Positions 53,101 through 64,000 of a DNA stretch of 64,000 nucleotides are shown in pieces. Made by a program: the position numbers and the translations under genes. How positions within the stretch are numbered: position 1 is the stretch's first letter; each line of letters starts with the position of its first letter. Origin of the DNA: Mytilus trossulus (taxonomy: Eukaryota); contig NC_086386.1 in NCBI RefSeq assembly GCF_036588685.1, positions 18,042,001 to 18,106,000 on the forward strand, read 5' to 3'. The notes beneath the pieces are model-generated. The model made no database searches, was not told the DNA's origin, and saw only the letters and a list, made by a program, of their open reading frames with translations.

Positions 53101-55690
53101 ACATCTTCTGTTTTACATGTACCTTTATTATTTGCATAAGACTGTACAAAGCTACATCTTCTGTAAGTCTATCTTGATGTCTACTTATCAATGTTTCGAC
53201 AGCTAGTTTATATTCATTGTCATATACATTGATGAATCTTTGAGCAATTCATTGTATAGTCTACAGATCCTGGATTATCATCACAAGTACAACTGCTTAG
53301 TCTGTAAAAATATATAAAACAGGTTACAAATACAGTTTTCCGTATAAAAGATTATGAAATATAAATTGTTTAGGCAACTCCTCGAACAGTATAAATTTAT
53401 GCATGAGCAATAATTTAACAAACAACACCAAATCATGAAATAATAATTATGAAATATTCAGATAGTATAATAGGTTACTGGTGTAACAATTTTGGAAAGA
53501 AAATGAAAAAAAAAAATCCATTCTCAATTTTAAATTATAGGTATGAACTTGTAATAACTCGGAAGTCTCTTATATAAAGTTGATCGTGAACGGTTTTATT
53601 GTTTGTGTTTTTACTAGTGTCTATGTATTTTTCTTATTTTGTGTTATACCATTGTCAGATTCAGACTTGTATGTATATATATTCATGTATAATAATGTTT
53701 TTAACAATTATTTTTTTTCAGAAAATATAAAGTTTGAAACATAAAAAAAAATGTTTTTGGCGCTTAAATTTAACTCGACAGATCGATTGGGTTTCCTTCC
53801 TTCCTATCTTATATGTTTAGTAAATTTAAAATACAAATAAAGAGCTTCTCTCACCTAGCCTTTAAATTTTGAAGAATATCTTGGTTTTCTCTATCAAGGT
53901 TTCTTAAGGACATTATTTCGTCTGTCTGAGTCTGTAAGAGATCTCTAAGGTGTTTATTTTGAGCTGTTAACGATTTCTGGTCTTGTGAGTTATAAACTGG
54001 AGCAACTTTCATCACTGGTTTACTTTTGAAGATTCGAGATTCAAATATATCCGGGGCCGGTCGAAGTTTAATTTCTGATTGACTACTTCGATTTGATATT
54101 GATGGTGATGTGGTTGAATCAATTATATTGAATATTGGTTTCTCAGTTGCGACAAAATCCCGTGGTGATTTTCTTGATTTGATATTTGGTTCAGAAAGAA
54201 TACGTCTTGGTGTGCTTGCGGACTCATTCTGTCTTCTGTTGTCTGGCTCCGGTGACTTTGGTACATGAACAGTGTGTGGCGCTCCAAACAAAGGGGGATC
54301 TGCTTCCGGTTTATCTGTTAAAGATGTACTATATGGTGGTTTACTTATTAATGTTAATGAGGATGAAGAACTGTCTGCAGGAGCTGTCTCTGCTCTTGAT
54401 ATTGGAGGTAAAATTCGTGGACTTTCGTAAAACTGAAAGACAATTTTTTCTTAAAATTCATTTGATTTTGATAGTGATGATATAAAGGGTTTATATTCAG
54501 GGATTTATTTTGGTAAGTTTAGATTTTTGCTCATATCTATATATTTAATTCTAATAATCGAAGGCAGAGTAAATGATATCTTTATTTTTATCGACATTTC
54601 ATATGTATTATCTCCTTCGATTTTATTAAAATATATTAATTCGTGATAAATCTTCAGGTGAGGAATTTAAAAATCGCAAAATGTGCATTACTCATTCCAA
54701 TTCAGTAAAAAATGTTGAAGCTGGTACTTACACCTTTAAATTTTTCTAAATCATAATAGTCTTCTTTTAATTTACATAACAACCAATATTCTTTCATAGC
54801 TTCTTCATAACTAGAAGAACTCTTTCTGTCACATATGGCCCGATACAGAGGAGTTGACAATGCCCAGTCTTTGTCTGTTGGTTCTTCTCCTCTATATTTC
54901 TCTGTAATTTCTGTATACTGCAATTGAAAACAAAATTAATGGAAATGTAGTAAAAAAAACTCATCAAAGATACAAGGCTATCAACATTGTACGTCAATCG
55001 TCCGTTTCATCTTTAAAAGAACCTAATGATCAAGTATTGTACAAATTGAAAAAATATTGTGAACCAAACATTCCGAAAAATTGTATTTTAACAAATTAGG
55101 CATATCAAGATGTTCGCTTTCAGTAGAACATAGATTTCTGGGAAAAATAAACTAGCTGTATATATTTTTAATTGTTTTTATTATTATACAGCGAAGAAAA
55201 GTGCACATATTACAAGTTTTACTTCCAATGATTGAAGATACCACAATCCTCTTCTCCAATCTACATTTTTTACAATTTCAATAGATATCACAAAGAGTGG
55301 AAACAATGTATTTTTGTAATACCATTGTGTTAAAGTTGTTGTGCTACGAGTAACATTTTTTTTTTGCAGAAAGATGCAATATTAACTCGTGTATTCATTT
55401 CTGTAAATACCTTACAGGTTAGTTGTAAATAACAGGAACATATTTTGCAAGTTGTATCATAGAACTAATGTTAAACTTTTAGAACTAATTAGAAATACAC
55501 ATCTATAGTTTACGTTACTAATTATAGATACCCTGTTTCTGTATTTTACTTCAAATTCTCGTTCAGTCTGTAGAAAGCTGATGTAATCTCGCTGAACTCT
55601 CGGATCGAAGTTATAGTAAAATAATATTCTGTCAATATTTTGTCTTCTTTTATATCCTGATGGTATTTGATATTTCCCAAGTTGTTCCAT
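50198..55690 (-). pseudogene. G7: MIEAP-like domain gene, class B, frameshifted in exon 4 (pseudogene, null allele or assembly error)
   Basis: Exons 55690-55532, 54917-54732, 54432-53855, 53301-53123, 52560-52456, 51119-51006, 50479-50198 total 1603 nt, which is not a multiple of 3. Exon 4 begins RLSSCTCDDNPG in one frame and continues IAQRFINVYDNEYKLA in another. Read-through hits TGA at 53222-53220. The other exons are open, including CLETIWLMLNQEPPMSLEW and VWPAVLMHIKGPVLCKG. Confidence 0.78.
51393..51578. repeat. Array of nine 12-bp palindromic TTCCCATGGGAA-type units at ~21-bp period
   Basis: Units start at 51393, 51414, 51435, 51456, 51477, 51497, 51517, 51546 and 51567, with non-identical 8-9 bp spacers (one of 17 bp). 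Four units carry a single substitution. Confidence 0.9.
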
Positions 55691-57486
55691 GTTACCACTA
55701 CAAAGGAGAGTAATGTGTCGAATGCTTCCATGCAACTTTCATTCGTACACATATGTGATTCATAATAAAATGAAAACTAGAGATATTAGATGAATACAAA
55801 TTGAAAAGTATGTATTCCTGCATACGGTTGATTCCTATATTTTGCATTGCACAAAGGTTTTGTTTTTGCATTATTTACAAACATACTATTACATATTGTT
55901 TCAAAACTATTGTTATATTACACTACTATTCCAGATAAGAAAGGGAAAGGGATTGGGCGCAATTAGAACAACTGACATCTTTTACATTCTTTATGGTATT
56001 GTCCAAAACTGCACCTGCAATACAGTTGCTGTTTTTGTGTGTTGTCTGTCCTATTTGTTTTTCGTCGTCGCATAAACCAGACCGTTGCTGTTTTCTCTCT
56101 CAAGTTATTAGGGACAAGTAATGGTACTTATCTAACAAAACATAATAAAACCGCCGCATTTTTTGCGCTCTTCTCAAATCAGGAGCCTCTGGCCTTTCTT
56201 CGACTTGTATGGTTCATTTATATGTTTCGGAGTTTAGTGTGACGTCCAATTTTACTGAAATAGTACACACTTTGTTTAAGGGCCAACTGAAGCCGGCCTT
56301 CGGGTGCAGGATTTTCTCGTTGTGTTGAAGACCCATTGATTGCATTATCCTGTTATTTCTCCGTAAGTTGATTTTGACATATTCCACGTCTCCTTTCGTG
56401 ATTTTTAATACAAATTATGAAAATTTCAGATAATTTTATGTGATATGACATCATATAATAGATTTAGTGTTAAGAACGTATCAATATTAAAGTAACTTAC
56501 CTTCAGTTTTCATTTAAAAAAACGAGACCTATTTAAATAACTAGTGTTATATGAAATTGGTCACACGTATAACGTTGATAAAGTGAAACACTTTAACAGT
56601 GAAACTTTATACACTATCATTCACAATAATAACTGTCCAAGCTTAAATCTATTGTCTTATGAAGAATTTGTATAATACAATTTAATTACAAACGAGATTT
56701 AAAATAAGTTTGAAAAGTGTATACCATTTTTCTTATATATGCATTTCACTTTGCATTTCATTTTATATATACTAAGCATTATTTGAATATCTCCATCCGG
56801 TTTAAATAAGACCGTAGCAGTTGTAAAGCATTATTTTTGGTTTAAAAACATTGGGTTATAAATTTACAAACATACATCCTTTTTTGTCCAACGCACAAAC
56901 TAATTTCTTCTTTTTAAGGAGGATCTTAATTTATATCTATTATGATTATCTTTGGTATATAACTGATTACTACTATGAAACTAGTCAAGTTAAAGTTAAA
57001 GTCCACCATTTGAAAGAAGAATAAAGTTTTATGGACGCTATCATTTGATTTGGTAGACAATGGAATTTATGTATCACAGATGATACTGTATAAAGTTGTA
57101 GTCACAATCATGTTTTTTGCGTTGACTGTGACGTATCACCCATTTTTTTAAAAATAAGAACGACAGACAGACAGGTGCCACTAGTAAATTAAGAACTGCT
57201 TAACAGCTTTAGTACATCCCATTTATTTTTAGGTTCATGTTGGTCAGGTTTTAGATTTGTTTTTGTTGCAGGTTGTTAATGCTTTTTGATTGAGCACTTC
57301 AGATAATCCTCAGTTTTCGGTTGGGTTTGCCCCTTTAGTTTTCTATGTTGTGTTAAATGTACTATTGTTTTGTGTTTTTCACCATCGCCTTTGTTAGTTT
57401 ATTTTCAACTTTTGAGTTAGAACGTCCCTTTGATATCTTTCGCCTCTTTTTTACCAGCCAATGTATTTGGACTTGCAATAAACATA

Positions 57487-57914
57487 CACAACTACTTTTG
57501 CATAGGTACTATTTCTGTACTAAAAATCTGTAGCACTGGAAATTTACTTTTAAAATTCAGTACTATTTTGTTACTGTTAAAATTATTGTAAATACTAATA
57601 TTTAGGTACCTGTATTTTACAGTACTTGATTTGTACTGGAAATTTAGGTACTACAGATTTTTGGTTACTACCGTTACATTTTCAGCATTTTGAAAGTTTT
57701 TCTATTTCAAATCTCTTAAAATTATGATTTTTAAACATGGAATATTGTATTATTTCTGTACCAAAATATTTAGTACAAATTAAGTACTGTAAAATACAAA
57801 TACCTAAATATTACAATAATTTCAAAGTAAAGAAATAGTACTAAATATTAAAAGTAAATTTCCAGTACTACATATTTTTAGTAAAGAAATAGTACATATT
57901 CAAAAGTAGCTGTG
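57487..57914. mobile_element. Foldback/MITE-like element, 428 bp, ~160-bp imperfect inverted arms, TA-flanked
   Basis: Left end CACAACTACTTTTG (57487) and right end CAAAAGTAGCTGTG (57914). Arms ~57487-57651 and ~57758-57914 are reverse complements rich in GTAC. TA is present on both sides. A related relic CACAGCTACTTTTG lies at ~62563. Confidence 0.8.
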
Positions 57915-58062
57915 TAACACGATTACAACGAAAGACTATAGTAATTAGAATGGAAACACCAAAGGAAAATAAAATACACTGATAAAGGAAAAACAATAGC
58001 TAATACTAAATTCTGACTTAGATTGAAAGAATGATAACAAAAGGTTTTGTCAAAAATAAAGT

Positions 58063-61000
58063 TTAAACTGGTTGAACGTATCCTTTTTTGATTAACGGTC
58101 CTTTCTCATGAAGGTAAACTGCAGGCCACACTGCATGCTTAACTATTGAACCTTGTTTCTTATAAGGCATATATATTGCCTCATTAAATACGTCATTAGG
58201 TTGAGGCCATCCTAGTGTCATTGGCGGATCCTGTATTGCCAGTAACCATAATACTTCAACTATTGAATTCACAAAAGCTTCTATTTCTGGGGAATGTCGA
58301 TAGTTGTATTTTGGATTACGCAATAAGTCTCCGTCTTTGAATTTCTGCTAGAGAAAATATATGTAAAAATAGTTAATATTTTTTTATTTCATAGCAAACA
58401 AATAAATAAGAAGGTAAATATCATTTCAACAAATTCTCAAATTTAGGACTAAGGCATAAATGTACATGTTACCACTGAATTCAACATAGAGGTATTGAGG
58501 CAAATTATTGTTAGATAGTCATATTACTGCCAAGAGTATGTCTCATACACCACCCATTAACTTTAGTAGTGCTGTTTTATTTGATATTTTGAATTATCAT
58601 GGTATGAAGTACTGGCAGTCGTAGAAAACCTCAGAAAGACTATATATGACTACTAATAGTCATCTGGAAGTGACATTTATGTACATAGGGGAAACATCAA
58701 ACAGACTGCAAAATCTATACGGTAAATTCTTTAAATGAATAGCTCATTTTGCAATAATCAGAACTAATTTATTGATTAATAGTTTGTCGTCATGTTTAAC
58801 AATAAGCAGTATTACATTAAAATTTTCTTTAATGTAAAGAAAGACAAAGACCATTTAAACAAACAAACCAACATTGCTTTGTGTATAATTTTAAAATGTT
58901 TATCTTGATTGTAACAGTTTTACCTGTGTGGCTTGTACAATTGTTTGTGCATGTTCTGCTTTTCTCATTCGCTTCAGCTCTCTCATCAATGAGTCCGGTA
59001 TTCTCTTTCGCTGGTCATACTTAACACTTCGTAAATCTAGGATCTGTAAAATTGAAGCGCAACATTTAAAATTACCTCATATCGTTGTATACTTCGGATT
59101 TCTCATATATGTTCGAACAATGGATCTGGTCATGTGTTGTTGTTTGTCTCTGTTTACTGTTTTTTTTTTTCCCAGAGAACTCAGTTATGTTTTGTTGGTG
59201 TTGTCTGTTGGTCCATAAAGTGTATTTGGCGATTCTAGTTAAAAGTGTTTGTATAACATATATACACAAACATACAAACCGCGAGAAATGGGTCTTCTAA
59301 ACCTTTTTCTATACTAAAAGACAATTTCTGGAGTTGGTCAGTGGCAAATTGACGACAAAATTCATAGCCATTCTGAAACATAGAAACGGGCAATATGATT
59401 AGAATGTGAACCTTATTAACAAATACCAAAATTTATATGTTTCCCTTATAAACCTAAAAGGACGTTTAATTTGATACCAACATGTTTGAAAGGGTTTTTT
59501 TTCTCAAGAAATCCATTCACATTTGCAAGGACTTTAACTTATCAAATGATTTACTTTGTGAATACTGTTCGTGGTAAATAATATCAAATTTGTTCTTTTT
59601 TCATAAAGTATATGACCCGAGGACATAAAATATTAGTAAAACAACTTATATCTTTACCTGTACAATGTTCATAAGTAGTGAGATACCCTCTTCCTCATTA
59701 GATTCCACTTTGTTAGCAGTAAGTGATTTTAGGGCCTTGGACCATTCTACGATGAATATAGAGTTGAATTCTTCAGATATCCGGGTTGGGGTATAGTTAT
59801 CTGTATACAATACACTGGGTCCACCATCTAATTCTCGACTAGCAGTTTTACTCAGCCTACATGAAATATGACAAAATATCATCAATAAATTGTTGATGAT
59901 TACTTGGAAAAATAAATACATGTGTAAATCACAACTAGTATACCACGACCAACACAAGGCCGTACGGTGACCTATAATTGTTAATGTTTGTGTAATTTTG
60001 GTCTTTTATAGATAGTTGTCTCATTGGCAATCATACCACATCTTCTTTTTTATACAATCAATCTTATAATAAGGAATATGCTTATAAGTTCCATACCAAC
60101 AGTGTACCATTCGTGAGTGAAATTGAGAAAAACAAATCCGAAGAAAACTAAAAGTTTCTGAAATAGTAAGATTTTGTCTAATGCTTAGTTTGTTTCTGTG
60201 TGTGTGTTACATTTTAATAGTGTGTCGTCATTCTCCTTTAATATTTAATGCGTTTCCCTCGGTTTTGGTTTGTGACCCGGATTTGTTTTTTCTATCGACT
60301 TATGAGTTTTGAACATCGGTATACTACTGTTGCCTTTATTAGGGCATTTATAAAAAATATATAGTGTGATAATAACAAACCTGTTTCTTAAGTCATCTAT
60401 AACTTTGTTACATTCGTTCACTTCTGTCTGTAGTTTACTAACAATATCATTCTGTAACGATATTCTACTGTTGGATTCCTGGTACATTGGCTGAGGGTAG
60501 TATATTACACCGTTGATTCTTATTGGAGTGTTTGGCACCTCTCTGGTCGATGGTGTTCGTTCTAGGTCTTTACTTCTTGGACTAAAATATTCCGGTCTAG
60601 ATCGAGGGCTTAAAGAATCGGAAACGTCTTGATATGTTTTTTGCTGCGGTCCTTTCTACAGAAAAGAGTGTACGGATTAGCCTCCTTATGCAAATGCATA
60701 ACATGTCTTTCCGTTAATATTGAAATGCTTTTTAAAACATAGAATAGTTGATTTTTTTAACATTGCCATACTAGCGGGAGGTTTGGCTAGCCATATAAAC
60801 CGACCGATTTTTCATTAAAATCTGCTGTACCAAGTTACAAATGGGCAATTTGTTTTAAATAGTTCGTTTTTATATATGTTGGCGATTGTCTTTGTAGCAG
60901 TTTAGTTTTTTTGCTGTTTCGTTGTTTTTTCCTCGCGATCGTGTTTTGTTTGTGACCTGTTTTTTTCTCTCTTAAAGTTAAATCGATGTATCACTTTTGA

Positions 61001-62777
61001 ACAATGTTATACTACTGTTGTGCATATGTTTTTTTCCTTAAAGTTTATGTTTTTCCCTTGCGATCATGTTTTGTTGGTGACCCTTTTTTTTCTCTTAAAA
61101 TTAAATCGATGTATGACTATTGAACAGTATTATACTACTGTTGCGTATATGTACCGTCAATTTTATGTAATGGTCCTTCACATCGTGTAAAAATCTACAC
61201 TCTTCAATAGCTGTGTGTTGTATCTGCATTCTGTACTTAATGTACGATTCATTCAAAAGCCTGTACAATATACTGTCAGGGTAACCAGTGGAGTATTCTG
61301 TAAGATCATTATCTTTACGGAGTCTCCGTCTGTCCACCAGATACTTATACTATAATGCGATAAATAACAAAATTGTATGTCAGCTCAGAACTTCAAAGCA
61401 CATGTTTAAATGTTGGAAATGAGGTTATTTTCATTAACTTTTTAAATCAACTGATAACAGCTTAACTCTTGCATGTTATTTTTTAAAAACTTTGATGATA
61501 CAATAATTACAAAATATCTCTTCAACATTAGGCAGCACTCGCACCTGCAAAGTGGAAAGGGGTTGATATAAGTTGCAATAAATTGTTTCCCAATCCACTA
61601 AAAGTTAATATGTTTAAACTAACAACAAGTGTGTCAATGTAATGTGGTTGCTGAAATGATTACTTGTTAGACATATTTAAGAGGAATAAACATAGTTTTA
61701 TATGACACAAAAGCATTATAACAGGCGAATACAGGTTGGATCATTGTTGTTTTGCCTGATCTGTTTCATCGGTTTTAATAACGTTTTTTCAATACTTAAA
61801 GATTCCGATTGCAATGCATTTTTGCGTATCTATCTGTTTGCATCAATGTGACAAGCGTACATGTTAACCTTAATCGTATAAACTACTCTGTTTAGACTCT
61901 GTATTTTTTTATGCCTTAACAAGAACCTTAAACGTGTTTATTTTGACCTTTTCAACTTTTTACGTTGACTACAACATGTATATTAAGTTATTGCAGAATC
62001 TCATGTCAAGCTTATAAAGTAAATTGACTTAGGAGTAGATAATGTCACAGAATTTCAATCCCAACATGAGTTCCTGCGTATTAGTATAATTAATCACGGA
62101 CAACGAATCCTTGGCAAAATATAATGCCTGGGCAAATTTTATGGATATGTGTCAAAATGTTCATCAGTACAATTTTGAATATTTATTGAATCATAGAAAA
62201 ATAGGGTTGAACAGGGTTTGCACCTAATGGTATGCTAAAAATTAACAATCCATATAAAATCGAATGACTAATGTTTTGTTTTATTTCTTCAAACCTTGAG
62301 AACAACTTTTAAACAATTATAGTCCATATGCTTACAATTCATGTGTCAACAAATAGATGCATGTAACATATTGTAATTGCTCATTTTCATAAGTTTTCAG
62401 AAGATTTTCATCTATTGATATATATATATATATATATATTGTAAAGTTTTATGAATATTCTAAATTAATTAGCATATGTTAAAATACTAAAATAGTACAT
62501 GCAAAATATCAAATCATAAAAATACAAATTGTTCAGTGTCTGAGAAAACTTGTAAGATTTCCACAGCTACTTTTGCTCAAAGGGTGCAATTTGGGTACTG
62601 TTACATTAATCATAATACCATTGTTGGATCTCTAACAGATAGTTCTTGGTCCATCCTCAGAAGATCGTAATACTCTTTAACAGCATTTTCGAACATCCTG
62701 GTATCAACTGGGTAACGTAAAACTTGTTCTATACCTGGTTGAGATCTACAACCATGCGGTATCCGAATTGACGCCAT
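58063..62777 (-). CDS. G8: MIEAP-like domain protein, class B, ~440 aa, 7 coding exons
   Basis: Exons 62777-62619 (MASIRIPHGCRSQPGIEQVLRY..., absent from the ORF track), 61349-61155, 60655-60381, 59856-59658, 59372-59280, 59043-58924, 58344-58063. All GT-AG, open frame of 1323 nt. Motifs ISEEFNSIFIVEWSKAL, VLWLLAIQDPPMTLGW, VWPAVYLHEKGPLIKKGYV. Confidence 0.87.
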
Positions 62778-64000
62778 TGTTAGTATTTAATTAATGCCTG
62801 TATCTATTTAATCTGCCTAAAGATAAAATTGATGGTTATATACTATTTTGAATAGTTAACAGTTTTAGCTATTTTTGTAAAATCCATAGAAAACTACTCT
62901 AAAATAGACTTCTACGTATAATATTTTGACTAAGATTTTGAAGAATTGATTGTTTATAGAAAACACGTTACTCTTATTTAATAGCACTGAAATATTTGAA
63001 TGTGTACATGTTAACAGCAGCATTTATAAATGTAATGTTCTTGGTTACTTATTATCTTATTCGTGAATACTTTCCTACCTTAAATCAAGTTAAATCTATC
63101 TGTTCAAGGCCTATCAATTTTCGTATGAAATGTATTGAACCGGTTAAAAATATAATGACGTGAGTAAAACACATATACAATTAAAATATTTGTATTTAAA
63201 AGTTAAATAAGTAATAAAAAACAAAAATAAAAATAAACGATAATATGTACACGTATTGTTTGACAGAAAAAAATTTAAGATGAGAGGTTGTGATTGTTTC
63301 AAAGTTAAAAAGTAGACGTGTTATTTCATAAGCTTACGCAACTGTATATGATGGTAAATGGTTAGTAGAAAGCATTAGTAAAATAACTCTTTAACAATTT
63401 TACTTGTGTATGAACTTCTTCTTACAGGAATAACCGTAATCTTCTTCTGGTTATGTCCCAGATTCATTTAGTTGTTCACAAGGTTAGACATACTGATTAA
63501 AAGCTTTTTGAAACTCAATATTCATATTGTTTTAACTATTTTATTCAAAATATACATGCAAAACATGTTTTCAAACTTAAATAAGAATCAAAGCAAAAAA
63601 AAATTAGTGTCCGCTGTGATCCAGCTATATTTGTTTGCTAGGTTGACAGTTTTTCTATTTCCGTATTATTTTACCAACTTATGTAAAACATTTCTAAACA
63701 ACCATAAGAATTTTGGATTGTAAAAGTGTATTTTTAAAGTCATGGATATGTTCCACTTGTATCACATGTTTTGGAAATTATTCCAGAACGAGATTTCAAC
63801 GAGACTGAAATGTCTAAATTTGTTTTCAGACATCATTTTTATCAGATACAAAAATGAAATAGAAACAATCTTACTTCATCAATCTTATTATCCATGTTTC
63901 AAATCATTTGGATCCAGCGATTTTCAGGTACAGAAACAGTCAGTCAGATATTTGTTTAACTCATTTTCAATATTTCTTCTTTTTATAAGCTTCCGTTACG

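Noticed and set aside
171-62777. Assigning the symbol SPATA18 to any copy
   Set aside because: Only the C-terminal domain is recognisably shared; orthology cannot be established without a phylogeny.
63875-63895. Possible upstream coding exon MDNKIDE|GTAAGA for G8
   Set aside because: Splicing to the acceptor at ~62816 meets an in-frame TAA before the 62777 ATG; at most a 5'UTR exon or uORF, and unsupported.

Overview
AT-rich, intron-containing, repeat-dense animal genomic DNA. The interspersed repeat families and gene family suggest a bivalve mollusc, Mytilus-like (inference). Almost all of the long ORF track is noise. The real content, reconstructed by hand from splice signals, is a tandem array of eight highly diverged multi-exon paralogues (G1-G8). 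Each ends in a MIEAP/SPATA18-type ('mitochondria-eating protein') C-terminal domain with motifs F-x2-[LIV]-[YF]-x3-W-x2-A, W-x-M-x2-Q-D-P-P-M-x-L-x-W and V-W-P-A...G-P-x3-K-G. All share one layout: small helical N-terminal domain, hypervariable low-complexity linker, phase-2 intron, four-exon MIEAP module. There are two N-terminal classes, A (G1-G5) and B (G6-G8), neither of which I can assign to a known domain. G3 is inverted (head-to-head with G2, tail-to-tail with G4), G5 needs a GC-AG intron, and G7 is frameshifted. Mobile DNA includes a young internally deleted PIF/Harbinger element that retains its Myb/SANT ORF, a decayed Academ-type (XPG-domain) transposon, an RTE LINE fragment, a tRNA-headed SINE, a foldback MITE and several short repeat families. 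One intron holds a phased array of nine TTCCCATGGGAA-type palindromes.
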